Source: an uncultured Micavibrio sp.
GTDB lineage: Bacteria; Pseudomonadota; Alphaproteobacteria; Micavibrionales; UBA2020
DNA length: 64,000 bases
Assembly: GCA_964575605.1 (NCBI GenBank)
Contig: CAZNRN010000019.1
Location: 7,317 to 71,316 of the forward strand
Direction: 5' to 3'
The position numbers and the translations under genes were made by a program. The notes under the pieces were generated by a model that saw only the letters and a list, made by a program, of their open reading frames with translations, was not told the origin of the DNA and ran no database searches. The number at the start of each line of letters is the position of its first letter. Position 1 is the stretch's first letter. This document shows positions 18,553 to 26,309 of the stretch, piece after piece.

Positions 18553-19068
18553 ATGGCGGAATATCCCGGCATCGAGGTGCGCCCGTTCCGTCCCGACGAG
18601 TGGCCGGTGTTCAAGGCGGTTCGCCTCCGCGCGCTGGAAAGCGACCCGAAATTCTTCGGTTCCCGCTATGACGAGGAAAAGGCGCTGGCCGACAGCCACT
18701 GGCAGGACCGACTTGCCGACCCCAACCTTCTTGTGCTCGGCCTCTTCAACGAAGGCCAGCCCATCGGCATGACCGGCGCTGCCGTCGACCGCATGGACGA
18801 CACGGGCCAGACCGGCAAGCTCTGGGGTTCGTGGATAGAACCCTCGTGGCGTAACAAGGGCCTGTCGCGCAAGATGTACGAAGCGCGCATCGCCTGGGCC
18901 AAGGCGCATCCCACAATCAAGAAACTTGTCGTGTCGCACCGCAAGAGCAACGCGGTCTCGAAGCGCGCCAACCAGCGCTTCGGCTTCCGCTTTACGGGCG
19001 CGAAAGATACCGTCTGGTACAATGGCGAGAAAGAGACCGAGTTCTTCTACGAACTGCCGGTAAAATAA
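18553..19068 (+). CDS. GNAT family N-acetyltransferase
   Basis: The WRNKGLSRKMYEARIAWAK block resembles an acetyl-CoA binding motif, in a 171-aa protein. Confidence 0.65.
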   Translation: MAEYPGIEVRPFRPDEWPVFKAVRLRALESDPKFFGSRYDEEKALADSHWQDRLADPNLLVLGLFNEGQPIGMTGAAVDRMDDTGQTGKLWGSWIEPSWRNKGLSRKMYEARIAWAKAHPTIKKLVVSHRKSNAVSKRANQRFGFRFTGAKDTVWYNGEKETEFFYELPVK

Positions 19069-19078
19069 CCTGAAATAA

Positions 19079-19585
19079 TTATTCGATATGGAAGCGGCGC
19101 GCGAATTCCAGCGTCTGCAGTTCGCGGTGCATGCGCACGCGCACTTCCCAGTCGCCCTTGCCGGGGAACTGCACGGTGGCGGTAAAGTGGCCGTCGCCTG
19201 TCTGGTTAAACACCGGCATCAGTATCGGCTTGTCCGAATCCGGCCTGCGCACGTCGATTTCAAAAGAGGTGATGGGCACTGTATTATCGTTCAGGTCACT
19301 TGCGCGAATAGTGATTTTGTAGCTGCCGCCGTCGCTGTCGGCCAGTGTCACGTCGCCGCGCCAGCCCGGGCCTTTGTAGGTCAGTGTCTGGATATCGCTG
19401 CCAGTAACTGTGCCTGCTTGGGGCCCTGCCGGGGGCGGGACAAGGCCGGAATCACGCGCCGGCGGCTCCGAGAGGCGCTGCACCGAGGTATCATAGGCCT
19501 GGTTCACAAACAGGAAATTGGCAATCGCTGCCGCCAGCATAAGCAGCAGTATCACCAGCACGACATATTTTTTCCTGGCGCTCAC
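19079..19585 (-). CDS. FixH/YtkA-like membrane-anchored protein
   Basis: N-terminal TM, then a beta-rich domain ending ...GDGHFTATVQFPGKGDWEVRVRM, resembling the FixH C-terminal pattern. No fixG/I/S neighbours. Confidence 0.45.
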   Translation of the reverse strand: MSARKKYVVLVILLLMLAAAIANFLFVNQAYDTSVQRLSEPPARDSGLVPPPAGPQAGTVTGSDIQTLTYKGPGWRGDVTLADSDGGSYKITIRASDLNDNTVPITSFEIDVRRPDSDKPILMPVFNQTGDGHFTATVQFPGKGDWEVRVRMHRELQTLEFARRFHIE

Positions 19586-19750
19586 GCGATGAATTCCCTT
19601 CGTCGTTCTTTGTGATCATGCTTCCGGCACATGGCGATTGCAACACAAATACCGCCATCCGCGCTGCCGCACCCATGGATTATGGCAACGCGTAGCCGTA
19701 CCATTTGACTGTGAAAAGGGCTAACATGGCGCTGGAGCTTAAAACGCAGC

Positions 19751-20254
19751 ATGAACAGCATCAGGCCCGCAACATCGTCTGACATTTCCTCCCTCTACGC
19801 CATCGCCGCCGCGATGAAGGCGCAGCACGAACCGCATTATTTCGAGCGCTGCCTGCTGGAACAGGACGAGGGCCGCAGGCTGATTTATATTGCTGAGGCC
19901 GAGGGGCAGGATGCAGGCTATGTACAGCTGAACCTGAACCCCCTCTACCCGCCCTTCCGCCGCCTTGGCATCCCCGAGATACAAGACCTCAACGTCGTCC
20001 CCGCCGCACGCCAGCAGGGAATCGGTACGGCGCTGGTCGCGCATTGCGAAGGCGTGGCGAAAGCGCGCGGCAGTACCGAGATGGGGATCAGCGTCGGCTT
20101 GCACGCGCGCTTCGGCGCGGCGCAGCGGCTCTATGTGCGGTTGGGATATATTCCTGACGGCGCAGGTGCTGCTTATGACGAAGTTCCCGTCGTGGTTGGC
20201 GAAATGCGTCCCGTCGATGATATGCTGACGCTGAAGCTGATCAAAAACCTATGA
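19751..20254 (+). CDS. GNAT family N-acetyltransferase
   Basis: VVPAARQQGIGTALVAHCEGVAKARG matches the Q/RxxGxG/A motif. Confidence 0.7.
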   Translation: MNSIRPATSSDISSLYAIAAAMKAQHEPHYFERCLLEQDEGRRLIYIAEAEGQDAGYVQLNLNPLYPPFRRLGIPEIQDLNVVPAARQQGIGTALVAHCEGVAKARGSTEMGISVGLHARFGAAQRLYVRLGYIPDGAGAAYDEVPVVVGEMRPVDDMLTLKLIKNL

Positions 20255-21180
20255 CCTCCAAATCTTCGGCGGCGGAGCCGCGCATAACTCCCGAACTTGT
20301 CCTGCATGCCTACCGCATGGGCGTCTTCCCGATGGCCGATGCGCGCCATGCTGCGGAAATAAAATGGTACGAACCGAAATTGCGGGGCGTCCTTTCGCTG
20401 GAAAGGCTGCATGTGCCGCGCCGCCTGGTGCGGCGTATCCGGCAGCGGCCTTACCGGATTACTTTCGACAAGGCTTTCGAGGCTGTTATCCGCGGCTGCG
20501 CCGATACGCGGCCCGATACATGGATCAACGATGAAATCATCGCGCTATACACCACGCTGCACAAACAGGGCTCTGCGCATAGCGTCGAGGCCTGGGATGG
20601 CGACGTGCTGGCGGGCGGCGTCTATGGCATTTCACTCGGCGCGGCCTTCTTCGGCGAGAGCATGTTTTCGGTGCGCACCGACGCCAGCAAGGTTGCACTG
20701 GTGCATCTCTGCGCAAGGCTGAAGGCGCTTGGCTACGAACTTTTCGATGCGCAGTTCGTTAACGAACATCTCAAACAATTCGGCATCGAGGAAATCCCAC
20801 AGACGCAATACCTGAAGCGGCTTGAAAAAGCGCTGTCGCGTGAAGTGGCGTTCGAGGCTCAGTCCTCGGGCGAGGCTGCTTCTTCGCCGCCCTCGAAAGA
20901 ACCCGGCAGGGCGTCGAGCGCAGGCACGGTGCGGGGCGCATCGATTGCAGCAGGCGTTCCGGCTGCAGCGGGGGCAGGCGCAGGAACGGGCTTTTTCTCT
21001 TCCGGTGCGGGCGTTGCGGCCGCAGGCTTGATGTCTGCTTCTGTGACCGCAGGCGCGACGGGCGGCTTGGCCGCAGCTGCGCTTTCCGGCGTATGCGCGG
21101 GCGCGGTTTCGGACGAGAATGTTTCTTCCGACTTGGCCGAGGTCGAGGCGTTCTTGCACTCGATCACCCAGACGTCATAG
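20251..21180 (+). CDS. aat: leucyl/phenylalanyl-tRNA--protein transferase with about 100-aa Gly/Ala/Ser-rich C-terminal extension
   Basis: HAYRMGVFPM...WYEPKLRGVL...TWINDEIIALYTTLHKQGSAHSVEAW...GGVYGISLGAAFFGESMFS. The canonical domain ends near 20866, but the frame stays open to 21180. Confidence 0.8.
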   Translation: MTSKSSAAEPRITPELVLHAYRMGVFPMADARHAAEIKWYEPKLRGVLSLERLHVPRRLVRRIRQRPYRITFDKAFEAVIRGCADTRPDTWINDEIIALYTTLHKQGSAHSVEAWDGDVLAGGVYGISLGAAFFGESMFSVRTDASKVALVHLCARLKALGYELFDAQFVNEHLKQFGIEEIPQTQYLKRLEKALSREVAFEAQSSGEAASSPPSKEPGRASSAGTVRGASIAAGVPAAAGAGAGTGFFSSGAGVAAAGLMSASVTAGATGGLAAAALSGVCAGAVSDENVSSDLAEVEAFLHSITQTS

Positions 21181-21536
21181 ACCGGATGGTCCATGGCGGA
21201 AAGCGACGGGTTGGATGCGAACATCCAGCCGCTGAAAATCCAGGTTGAGGCGTCTTCCGAAGGCTTGCGCTCCCAGACCTGCAAAAAAGCAGCTGATTCA
21301 GGTTTGTCGAGCGGCGAGGACCGGCGGCAGGCGCGCACCTTGATGAACAGCGAATTGCCGAATTTTACCGTCTTGTCGACGGGGATATCAAAGGTATGCG
21401 TGCGCGCCGAAAGCTTGTCGACCGTGCGCAGCACGACCGTCTGTGTGTCTTCCATGGTGCGTTCCTGCGCCCGCGCCGGCAGGGGCATCATCAGGCACAG
21501 CAGCAGGGCGAAGTGGATAAAGGAGGCAAAGCGCAT
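20859..21536 (-). CDS. DUF2155-domain periplasmic protein with Ala/Pro-rich C-terminal tail
   Basis: Signal peptide, then VVLRTVDKLSARTHTFDIPVDKTVKFGNSLFIKVRACR...AAFLQVWE...FSGWMFASNPSLSAMDHPVYDVWVIEC. The tail overlaps the aat extension on the other strand. Its start overlaps the mlaD stop by 1 nt (TGATG). Confidence 0.7.
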   Translation of the reverse strand: MRFASFIHFALLLCLMMPLPARAQERTMEDTQTVVLRTVDKLSARTHTFDIPVDKTVKFGNSLFIKVRACRRSSPLDKPESAAFLQVWERKPSEDASTWIFSGWMFASNPSLSAMDHPVYDVWVIECKNASTSAKSEETFSSETAPAHTPESAAAAKPPVAPAVTEADIKPAAATPAPEEKKPVPAPAPAAAGTPAAIDAPRTVPALDALPGSFEGGEEAASPED

Positions 21537-22063
21537 CAGGGCGTCGCCTGCTCATCCGGCGCTGGGGCAGGGGCGGGCGCTTTTTCAGGCGTCGCAGGCT
21601 CTTCGTCCTTGTCGCTGTCTTTATTCGACATGCTGAAGATAAAGCGGCCGAGCAGCTGTTCGAGGCTGACCGAGGATTGCGTCAGCGTGATTTCGTCGCG
21701 GGATTTCAGGAATTCTTCCTCGTTGCCGGGCTGCAGCGAGAGGTATTTGCCGTCAAGCAGGCCCGCGCTGGTAATAGCGGCCGAGGTATCGGTCGGCAGT
21801 TTCACCGAATTGTCGATGGTCATGTGGACAATGGCGCGGAAGGATTCGGGGTCCAGCTCGAAGCCAAGGATCTGGCCGACCTTGACGCCGCTGATGCGCA
21901 CGGGGCTGCCGGCTTCAAGGCCGTCGATGGCATCGAAGCGCGCCTGGATTTCGTATCCCGTGGCGGGCGCGATATCGGTCGAACGGTAGAAAAAGAACAG
22001 GAAGGCCGCTGCCACCAGCAGCACCACCGCGCCAAGGATTGTTTCGACGATATTGCGTTGCAT
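21536..22063 (-). CDS. mlaD: outer-membrane lipid asymmetry maintenance protein MlaD
   Basis: N-terminal TM plus an MCE domain (YEIQARFDAIDGLEAGSPVRISGVKVGQI...LLDGKYLSLQPG). Confidence 0.8.
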   Translation of the reverse strand: MQRNIVETILGAVVLLVAAAFLFFFYRSTDIAPATGYEIQARFDAIDGLEAGSPVRISGVKVGQILGFELDPESFRAIVHMTIDNSVKLPTDTSAAITSAGLLDGKYLSLQPGNEEEFLKSRDEITLTQSSVSLEQLLGRFIFSMSNKDSDKDEEPATPEKAPAPAPAPDEQATP

Positions 22064-22084
22064 TCTGATCTAAGCCCTAAGAGT

Positions 22085-22474
22085 TTATTGTGGTGGTTGC
22101 CAGGCGGTGTAGTCGCCGGTTGCAGCGTCGCGCTTGCCGCCCTTCAGCGCATGGCCGGGGGGCAGGTAGGCAGCCTCCGTGCCGGTGACGTTGGGCAGGT
22201 GCGGCTTCTGCCACTCCTTGCGGTGGCGGCTGTCGCGCGGCGGCACAACATCGGTCTGGTGATGCAGCCAGCCGTGCCATTCGGGCGGCACCAGCGACGC
22301 TTCGATCTCGTTCTTGTAAATCACCCAGCGGCGTTCGCGTCCGCCCTTGAAGCGCGGCTTGCCGCGGTAGTAGCGGTTGCCGAGATGGTCCTGTCCCACC
22401 GTTTTGCCCTTGAGCGCGGTGTGGAGAAGCATCGAGACGTTGCTGAGGACGCTGAATATGAAAAATTTAGCCAT
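22085..22474 (-). CDS. NADH:ubiquinone oxidoreductase subunit NDUFA12-family protein
   Basis: GKTVGQDHLGNRYYR...RRWVIYKNEIEASLVPPEWHGWLHH. Confidence 0.8.
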   Translation of the reverse strand: MAKFFIFSVLSNVSMLLHTALKGKTVGQDHLGNRYYRGKPRFKGGRERRWVIYKNEIEASLVPPEWHGWLHHQTDVVPPRDSRHRKEWQKPHLPNVTGTEAAYLPPGHALKGGKRDAATGDYTAWQPPQ

Positions 22475-22655
22475 GTTTGCCTGCTGTTCCGTAACATCCT
22501 AAATACGCTTAAGCCCCCTGAATGCGCAATGATTTTTTGCCCGAAAACCCCGCTTCAAATCACTCGTTGATTAGGCGATGTGCCTATGCCACAGTCTCGG
22601 GCACTTACTCCAACCGCCTTGTAAAAATTTTCCTGAATTTACAGCAGGTTAAGAA

Positions 22656-25211
22656 ATGCGCCTGAACCGCCTGCAGACAACCGCCGATCAGGGCCCCTAC
22701 GAGGGCCTGAACTGGCGCGTGCACAAGGGCGAAGACTGGATTGAATACACCGTCCCCGCCAGCTGGGGCGCGGCCGCGGCTGAGCTGTTGATTGAAAAGG
22801 TTTTTTACAAAGGCGCACTGCCCGCCCTGACCCGTCCGGTGGCGGAGGAGGGCGTTCCCGCCTGGCTTTGCCGCCGCGAGGCGGACAGCGACCTCGACGG
22901 CATTTCCGCCGAATCGCGTTACCGGTACGAGCGCGATTTTCGCGACGTGCTCGCCCGCGTCGCGGGTGGCCTCTGCTATCAGGCCTGGCAGGCGGGGCTT
23001 TTCGATGGCGAAGATGACGCCGCCGTTTTCTTCGACGAATGCCGCCGCCTGATCGCCACGCAGATGATGATGCCCGAGCCGCAGCTGCTGGCGGTCGCAG
23101 GCCTCGACTGGGCTTACGGGCTGCAGGCATCTTACGTCCCCGCCGCCAATATCGCGGGCTTTGCCGAAGACATGCCGGTATCCGCTGGCGTTGCCGCCAT
23201 GGTGGCCGAAGACGATGCGCGCGCGGACATCCTGAAACGCATTTCCATCCTGGGTGCTCGTTTTGCGCTTGATAACGCGAAGGCCTCGGTCGTGCTGCCG
23301 GTCGAAAACCTGAACAGCCCGGGCTTTGCCGAGCAAAAACTACGCAGCGACGTCGATGATATTTCCCGCGCACTGGGCGCGATGACGCTGCGTCAGGCGC
23401 TGCATGGTGTCATGGATGCCTGCGACCGCGGCAACCGCCGCGGGTTTGATCCCGTTTACAACCGCGAACTTTACCTGGCCATGGAGGCCGCCCGCGCGGC
23501 GGGTGTGGCCGAAGCCGCGATCCGCATGGCGGTGTCGCGCGCCGAACAGGGCTTCGAGGATATCGACCTGCCGCGTACACAGGAAGATTTGTCGCCCGCA
23601 CCGCTCGCCGCCGTGCTGTCGCTGCCCGACGAATTCATCGAACGCGCGCTGACCGGCCACGGGTACCTGCTGGGCGGGCAGCGGCATTACCCCGCCGATA
23701 AACTCTGGGATAAAATCACAGCCGCCATCTGGGCCTCGGGCGAGCCGGGGCTGTTCTTCCGCAACAGCGCGACCGGTTTTGCCGGCATGCAGGGGCCCGC
23801 CCTTGAAACCGGTTACGTATTCCTGCCTGATACCGCCGCCCCCGGTGCGGTCATTAATCTGCCCGCCTTCCAGAAGGGCGATAGCGTTGTCGATGCCGCG
23901 CTGCTGTCGCATGCCGTGCGCATCACCTGCGTCGCGCTGGAGGCCGCCTTCGACATCGCCACCGTGCCCGCAAAAGCAAAAGCCTACCGCCCGCTCAATA
24001 TCGGCATGACAGGTTTTGCAGCGCTGCTGATGGGCGCAGCGCTGCCCTATGACAGCGACGCGGGGCGCGCAACAGCGGGGCTCGTGGCGGGGCTCGTCTC
24101 GGCGGCGGCACAGCAGGCTTCGGCCGATATCGCAGGTTCTGTCGGAGCCTATGATATGTACCGCCTGCTTGAAAAAGACCATCTGCAGGCCGTGAAGGAT
24201 AAAATCACCGCGCTCAATGGCGCCGCCGCCATGCACAAGGGCATGACACGCCGCCCCGTGCAGATGAAGGCAGGCCTCTGCCCTGATGGGGCGCTGGTCA
24301 CGGCAGTGCGCGACGGCTGGGACGCGGCCTATGCCGCCGGACGCGAACACGGTTACCGCCATGCGCACCTGACGGCGGTCGGCACCTCGCTTGAAACACA
24401 GCACCTGCTGGGCGCGCAGACGCGGGATATCGCGCCGGAGGCAAGCCTCGTGCGGTTCGAGGGCTATTACGGCGATATCTCGCGGGATGCCATGTACGGC
24501 AAGAAAATAAACCCGATGGCGGCGCGCGCCTTGAAAAAGCTCGGCTATGGCGTGCAGCAGGAAGAAGATATCCATTTCTACGCCGCGGGCCACGGCACGC
24601 TGCTTGATGCGCCTGCCATCAATCACGCGTCCTTGCGCCAGAAAGGCTTCCACCAGGCGGCGCTGGACGCGCTCGAGGCCGCGCTGCATTCGGCGCAGCA
24701 TATCCGCTACGCCTTCAACAAATGGACGCTGGGGGCGGATTTCTGCCGCCATATGCTGGGCTTCACGGCCGAGGCAATCGAGGACGCTAATTTCGACATG
24801 CTGACCGCGTTGGGTTTCAGCGAAGACGATATCGACGCCGCCAACCTTTACTGCTGCGGCGCGATGACGCTGCAGGGCGCGCCGCACCTGAAAGAACAGC
24901 ATTTACCTGTCTTCGACTGCATGCCAGGCGCCTTTTCGGTCCGCAGCGTGACGCCGCAGGCGCAATTGCTGATGCAGGCAGGCATCGAAGCTTTCCTGTC
25001 GGGCGCTGTCGCCCATACGGTCGAACTGCCGCATCATGCGGGGATCGAGGATGTGGCGAAACTGTCGCTGCAGGCCTGGGAATATGGTGTGAAAAGCTTC
25101 CGGCTCTATCGCGACGGCTGCTCGTTGCTCTACCCGGTTTTCGCGCCGCCGCAAAAAGCCGCCCCGCGCGAGGTTCCGGCAATGCCCGAGCTTCTCAGGG
25201 CTCTTCCCTGA
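22656..25211 (+). CDS. class II (B12-dependent) ribonucleotide reductase homolog; catalytic motifs appear lost (candidate pseudoenzyme)
   Basis: NrdJ-like blocks: GPYEGLNWR...WGAAAAELLIEKVFYKG, IWASGEPGLFF, YRPLNIGMTGFAALLM, LPYDSDAGRA, HGYRHAHLTAVGTS, NLYCCGAMTLQGAPHLKEQHLPVFDC, LYRDGC. There is no NPC-x-E motif anywhere; the homologous site reads PALETGYVFLPDTAAPGAVINL (23796-23861). Confidence 0.7.
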   Translation: MRLNRLQTTADQGPYEGLNWRVHKGEDWIEYTVPASWGAAAAELLIEKVFYKGALPALTRPVAEEGVPAWLCRREADSDLDGISAESRYRYERDFRDVLARVAGGLCYQAWQAGLFDGEDDAAVFFDECRRLIATQMMMPEPQLLAVAGLDWAYGLQASYVPAANIAGFAEDMPVSAGVAAMVAEDDARADILKRISILGARFALDNAKASVVLPVENLNSPGFAEQKLRSDVDDISRALGAMTLRQALHGVMDACDRGNRRGFDPVYNRELYLAMEAARAAGVAEAAIRMAVSRAEQGFEDIDLPRTQEDLSPAPLAAVLSLPDEFIERALTGHGYLLGGQRHYPADKLWDKITAAIWASGEPGLFFRNSATGFAGMQGPALETGYVFLPDTAAPGAVINLPAFQKGDSVVDAALLSHAVRITCVALEAAFDIATVPAKAKAYRPLNIGMTGFAALLMGAALPYDSDAGRATAGLVAGLVSAAAQQASADIAGSVGAYDMYRLLEKDHLQAVKDKITALNGAAAMHKGMTRRPVQMKAGLCPDGALVTAVRDGWDAAYAAGREHGYRHAHLTAVGTSLETQHLLGAQTRDIAPEASLVRFEGYYGDISRDAMYGKKINPMAARALKKLGYGVQQEEDIHFYAAGHGTLLDAPAINHASLRQKGFHQAALDALEAALHSAQHIRYAFNKWTLGADFCRHMLGFTAEAIEDANFDMLTALGFSEDDIDAANLYCCGAMTLQGAPHLKEQHLPVFDCMPGAFSVRSVTPQAQLLMQAGIEAFLSGAVAHTVELPHHAGIEDVAKLSLQAWEYGVKSFRLYRDGCSLLYPVFAPPQKAAPREVPAMPELLRALP

Positions 25212-25722
25212 CCCTGGGTTTTTTCCATTTCGGCACGGGGCCGGGCTGCATTGATAACTGTAACGGTGCGCCTACTGTGATGCGTTCCGCCGTGCCCTTG
25301 ACGAAAGCATCGGTCAGCTTGCTGTTTTTTGCAGCGATGAAGGCTTCCGCCACCGCCTCGTCGCCCGACATCGCGGCCAGCTGCATCGGCGTCTGGCCTT
25401 TGTCATTCTTGTGATCCATATCCGCGCCTTTTTTCAGCAGCAGGCGTGCAACATTGGCGTTCTTGTGGTACACGGCCCAGTGCAGCGGCGTGTCGCCGCC
25501 CACATCCCTGTGCCGGATATTCGCGCCCCGCCGCAGCAGCACCAGCACGTTTTTCACGTCGCTGACGGTGGCAAGCGTAAGCGAGGTGCGTTCGAGATCG
25601 TCTTGCGCATGGATATCATGCCCTCCCGCCGCCAGCCTGAAAATCTCGCGGTGGCTGCCGCTGATGCGCGCATAGAACATCAAGGCGTTATCGCCGTCGC
25701 CGGGCACTGGTTTTTCGCTCAT
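25195..25722 (-). CDS. ankyrin-repeat protein (A1, last gene of the 4-gene operon)
   Basis: ANK repeats, e.g. GGDTPLHWAVYHKNANVARLLLKKGADMDHKNDKGQTPMQLA. ATGA overlap with the upstream gene at 25719-25722. Confidence 0.85.
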   Translation of the reverse strand: MSEKPVPGDGDNALMFYARISGSHREIFRLAAGGHDIHAQDDLERTSLTLATVSDVKNVLVLLRRGANIRHRDVGGDTPLHWAVYHKNANVARLLLKKGADMDHKNDKGQTPMQLAAMSGDEAVAEAFIAAKNSKLTDAFVKGTAERITVGAPLQLSMQPGPVPKWKKPRVREEP

Positions 25723-26309
25723 GGCGACCCCGGCTTTTTCAGGCGTAGCGGGGAGCGGATATGTATGTTTTCCAGCAGGCCGCTGTCGAAAGTCGTATCG
25801 GGCGCGTTGTCGATATAGCGCTCGAGCAGGCAGGTGATTTTATGCAGGCGGTTGACCATTTCCTGTTCCTGGTCGGTGGCGCCTTCCGACTGCGCGGCGT
25901 TCTCCAGCATCTTGTAGGCGTAATCGTGGTTCTCTTGCGCCTGCTGCAGCGGGGTTATGCCGCGCAGGCAGGTAATTTTCACAATCGCGCCTTTTTCAAC
26001 CAGCGTCTGCACGTTCTCGACATTGCCGCGCATCACGGCGACATGCAGTGGCGTACGCCCGTCCTTGTCGCGCGCGTGCAGAGGGGCGCCTGCTTCGAGC
26101 ATGGTTTTCAGGATTTGCGGGTTGTGGTGTTGCGCTGCGGCAATGACGGCATGGCCGTGTTCCTCGGTATAGGCGGCGGGATCTGCCCATTTGTCGAGCA
26201 GCGAGACGACCTCGTCATGGTCGCCCGCGTTGATCGCCTCGATCAGCTGAACGCCGAGCAGGTTGCGGCCGTTATGGGGCTGCGCGGTACCGTCGAAATC
26301 ATCCTTCAT
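25719..26309 (-). CDS. ankyrin-repeat protein (A2)
   Basis: DKDGRTPLHVAVMRGNVENVQTLVEKGAIV... Overlaps both neighbours by 4 nt. Confidence 0.85.
   Translation of the reverse strand: MKDDFDGTAQPHNGRNLLGVQLIEAINAGDHDEVVSLLDKWADPAAYTEEHGHAVIAAAQHHNPQILKTMLEAGAPLHARDKDGRTPLHVAVMRGNVENVQTLVEKGAIVKITCLRGITPLQQAQENHDYAYKMLENAAQSEGATDQEQEMVNRLHKITCLLERYIDNAPDTTFDSGLLENIHIRSPLRLKKPGSP

Noticed and set aside
22475-22655. Possible cobalamin riboswitch upstream of the NrdJ-like gene
   Set aside because: I could not find the B12-box core or the conserved helices by eye; only a loose gccacag. The claim would need a covariance-model scan (Rfam RF00174), which I cannot run.
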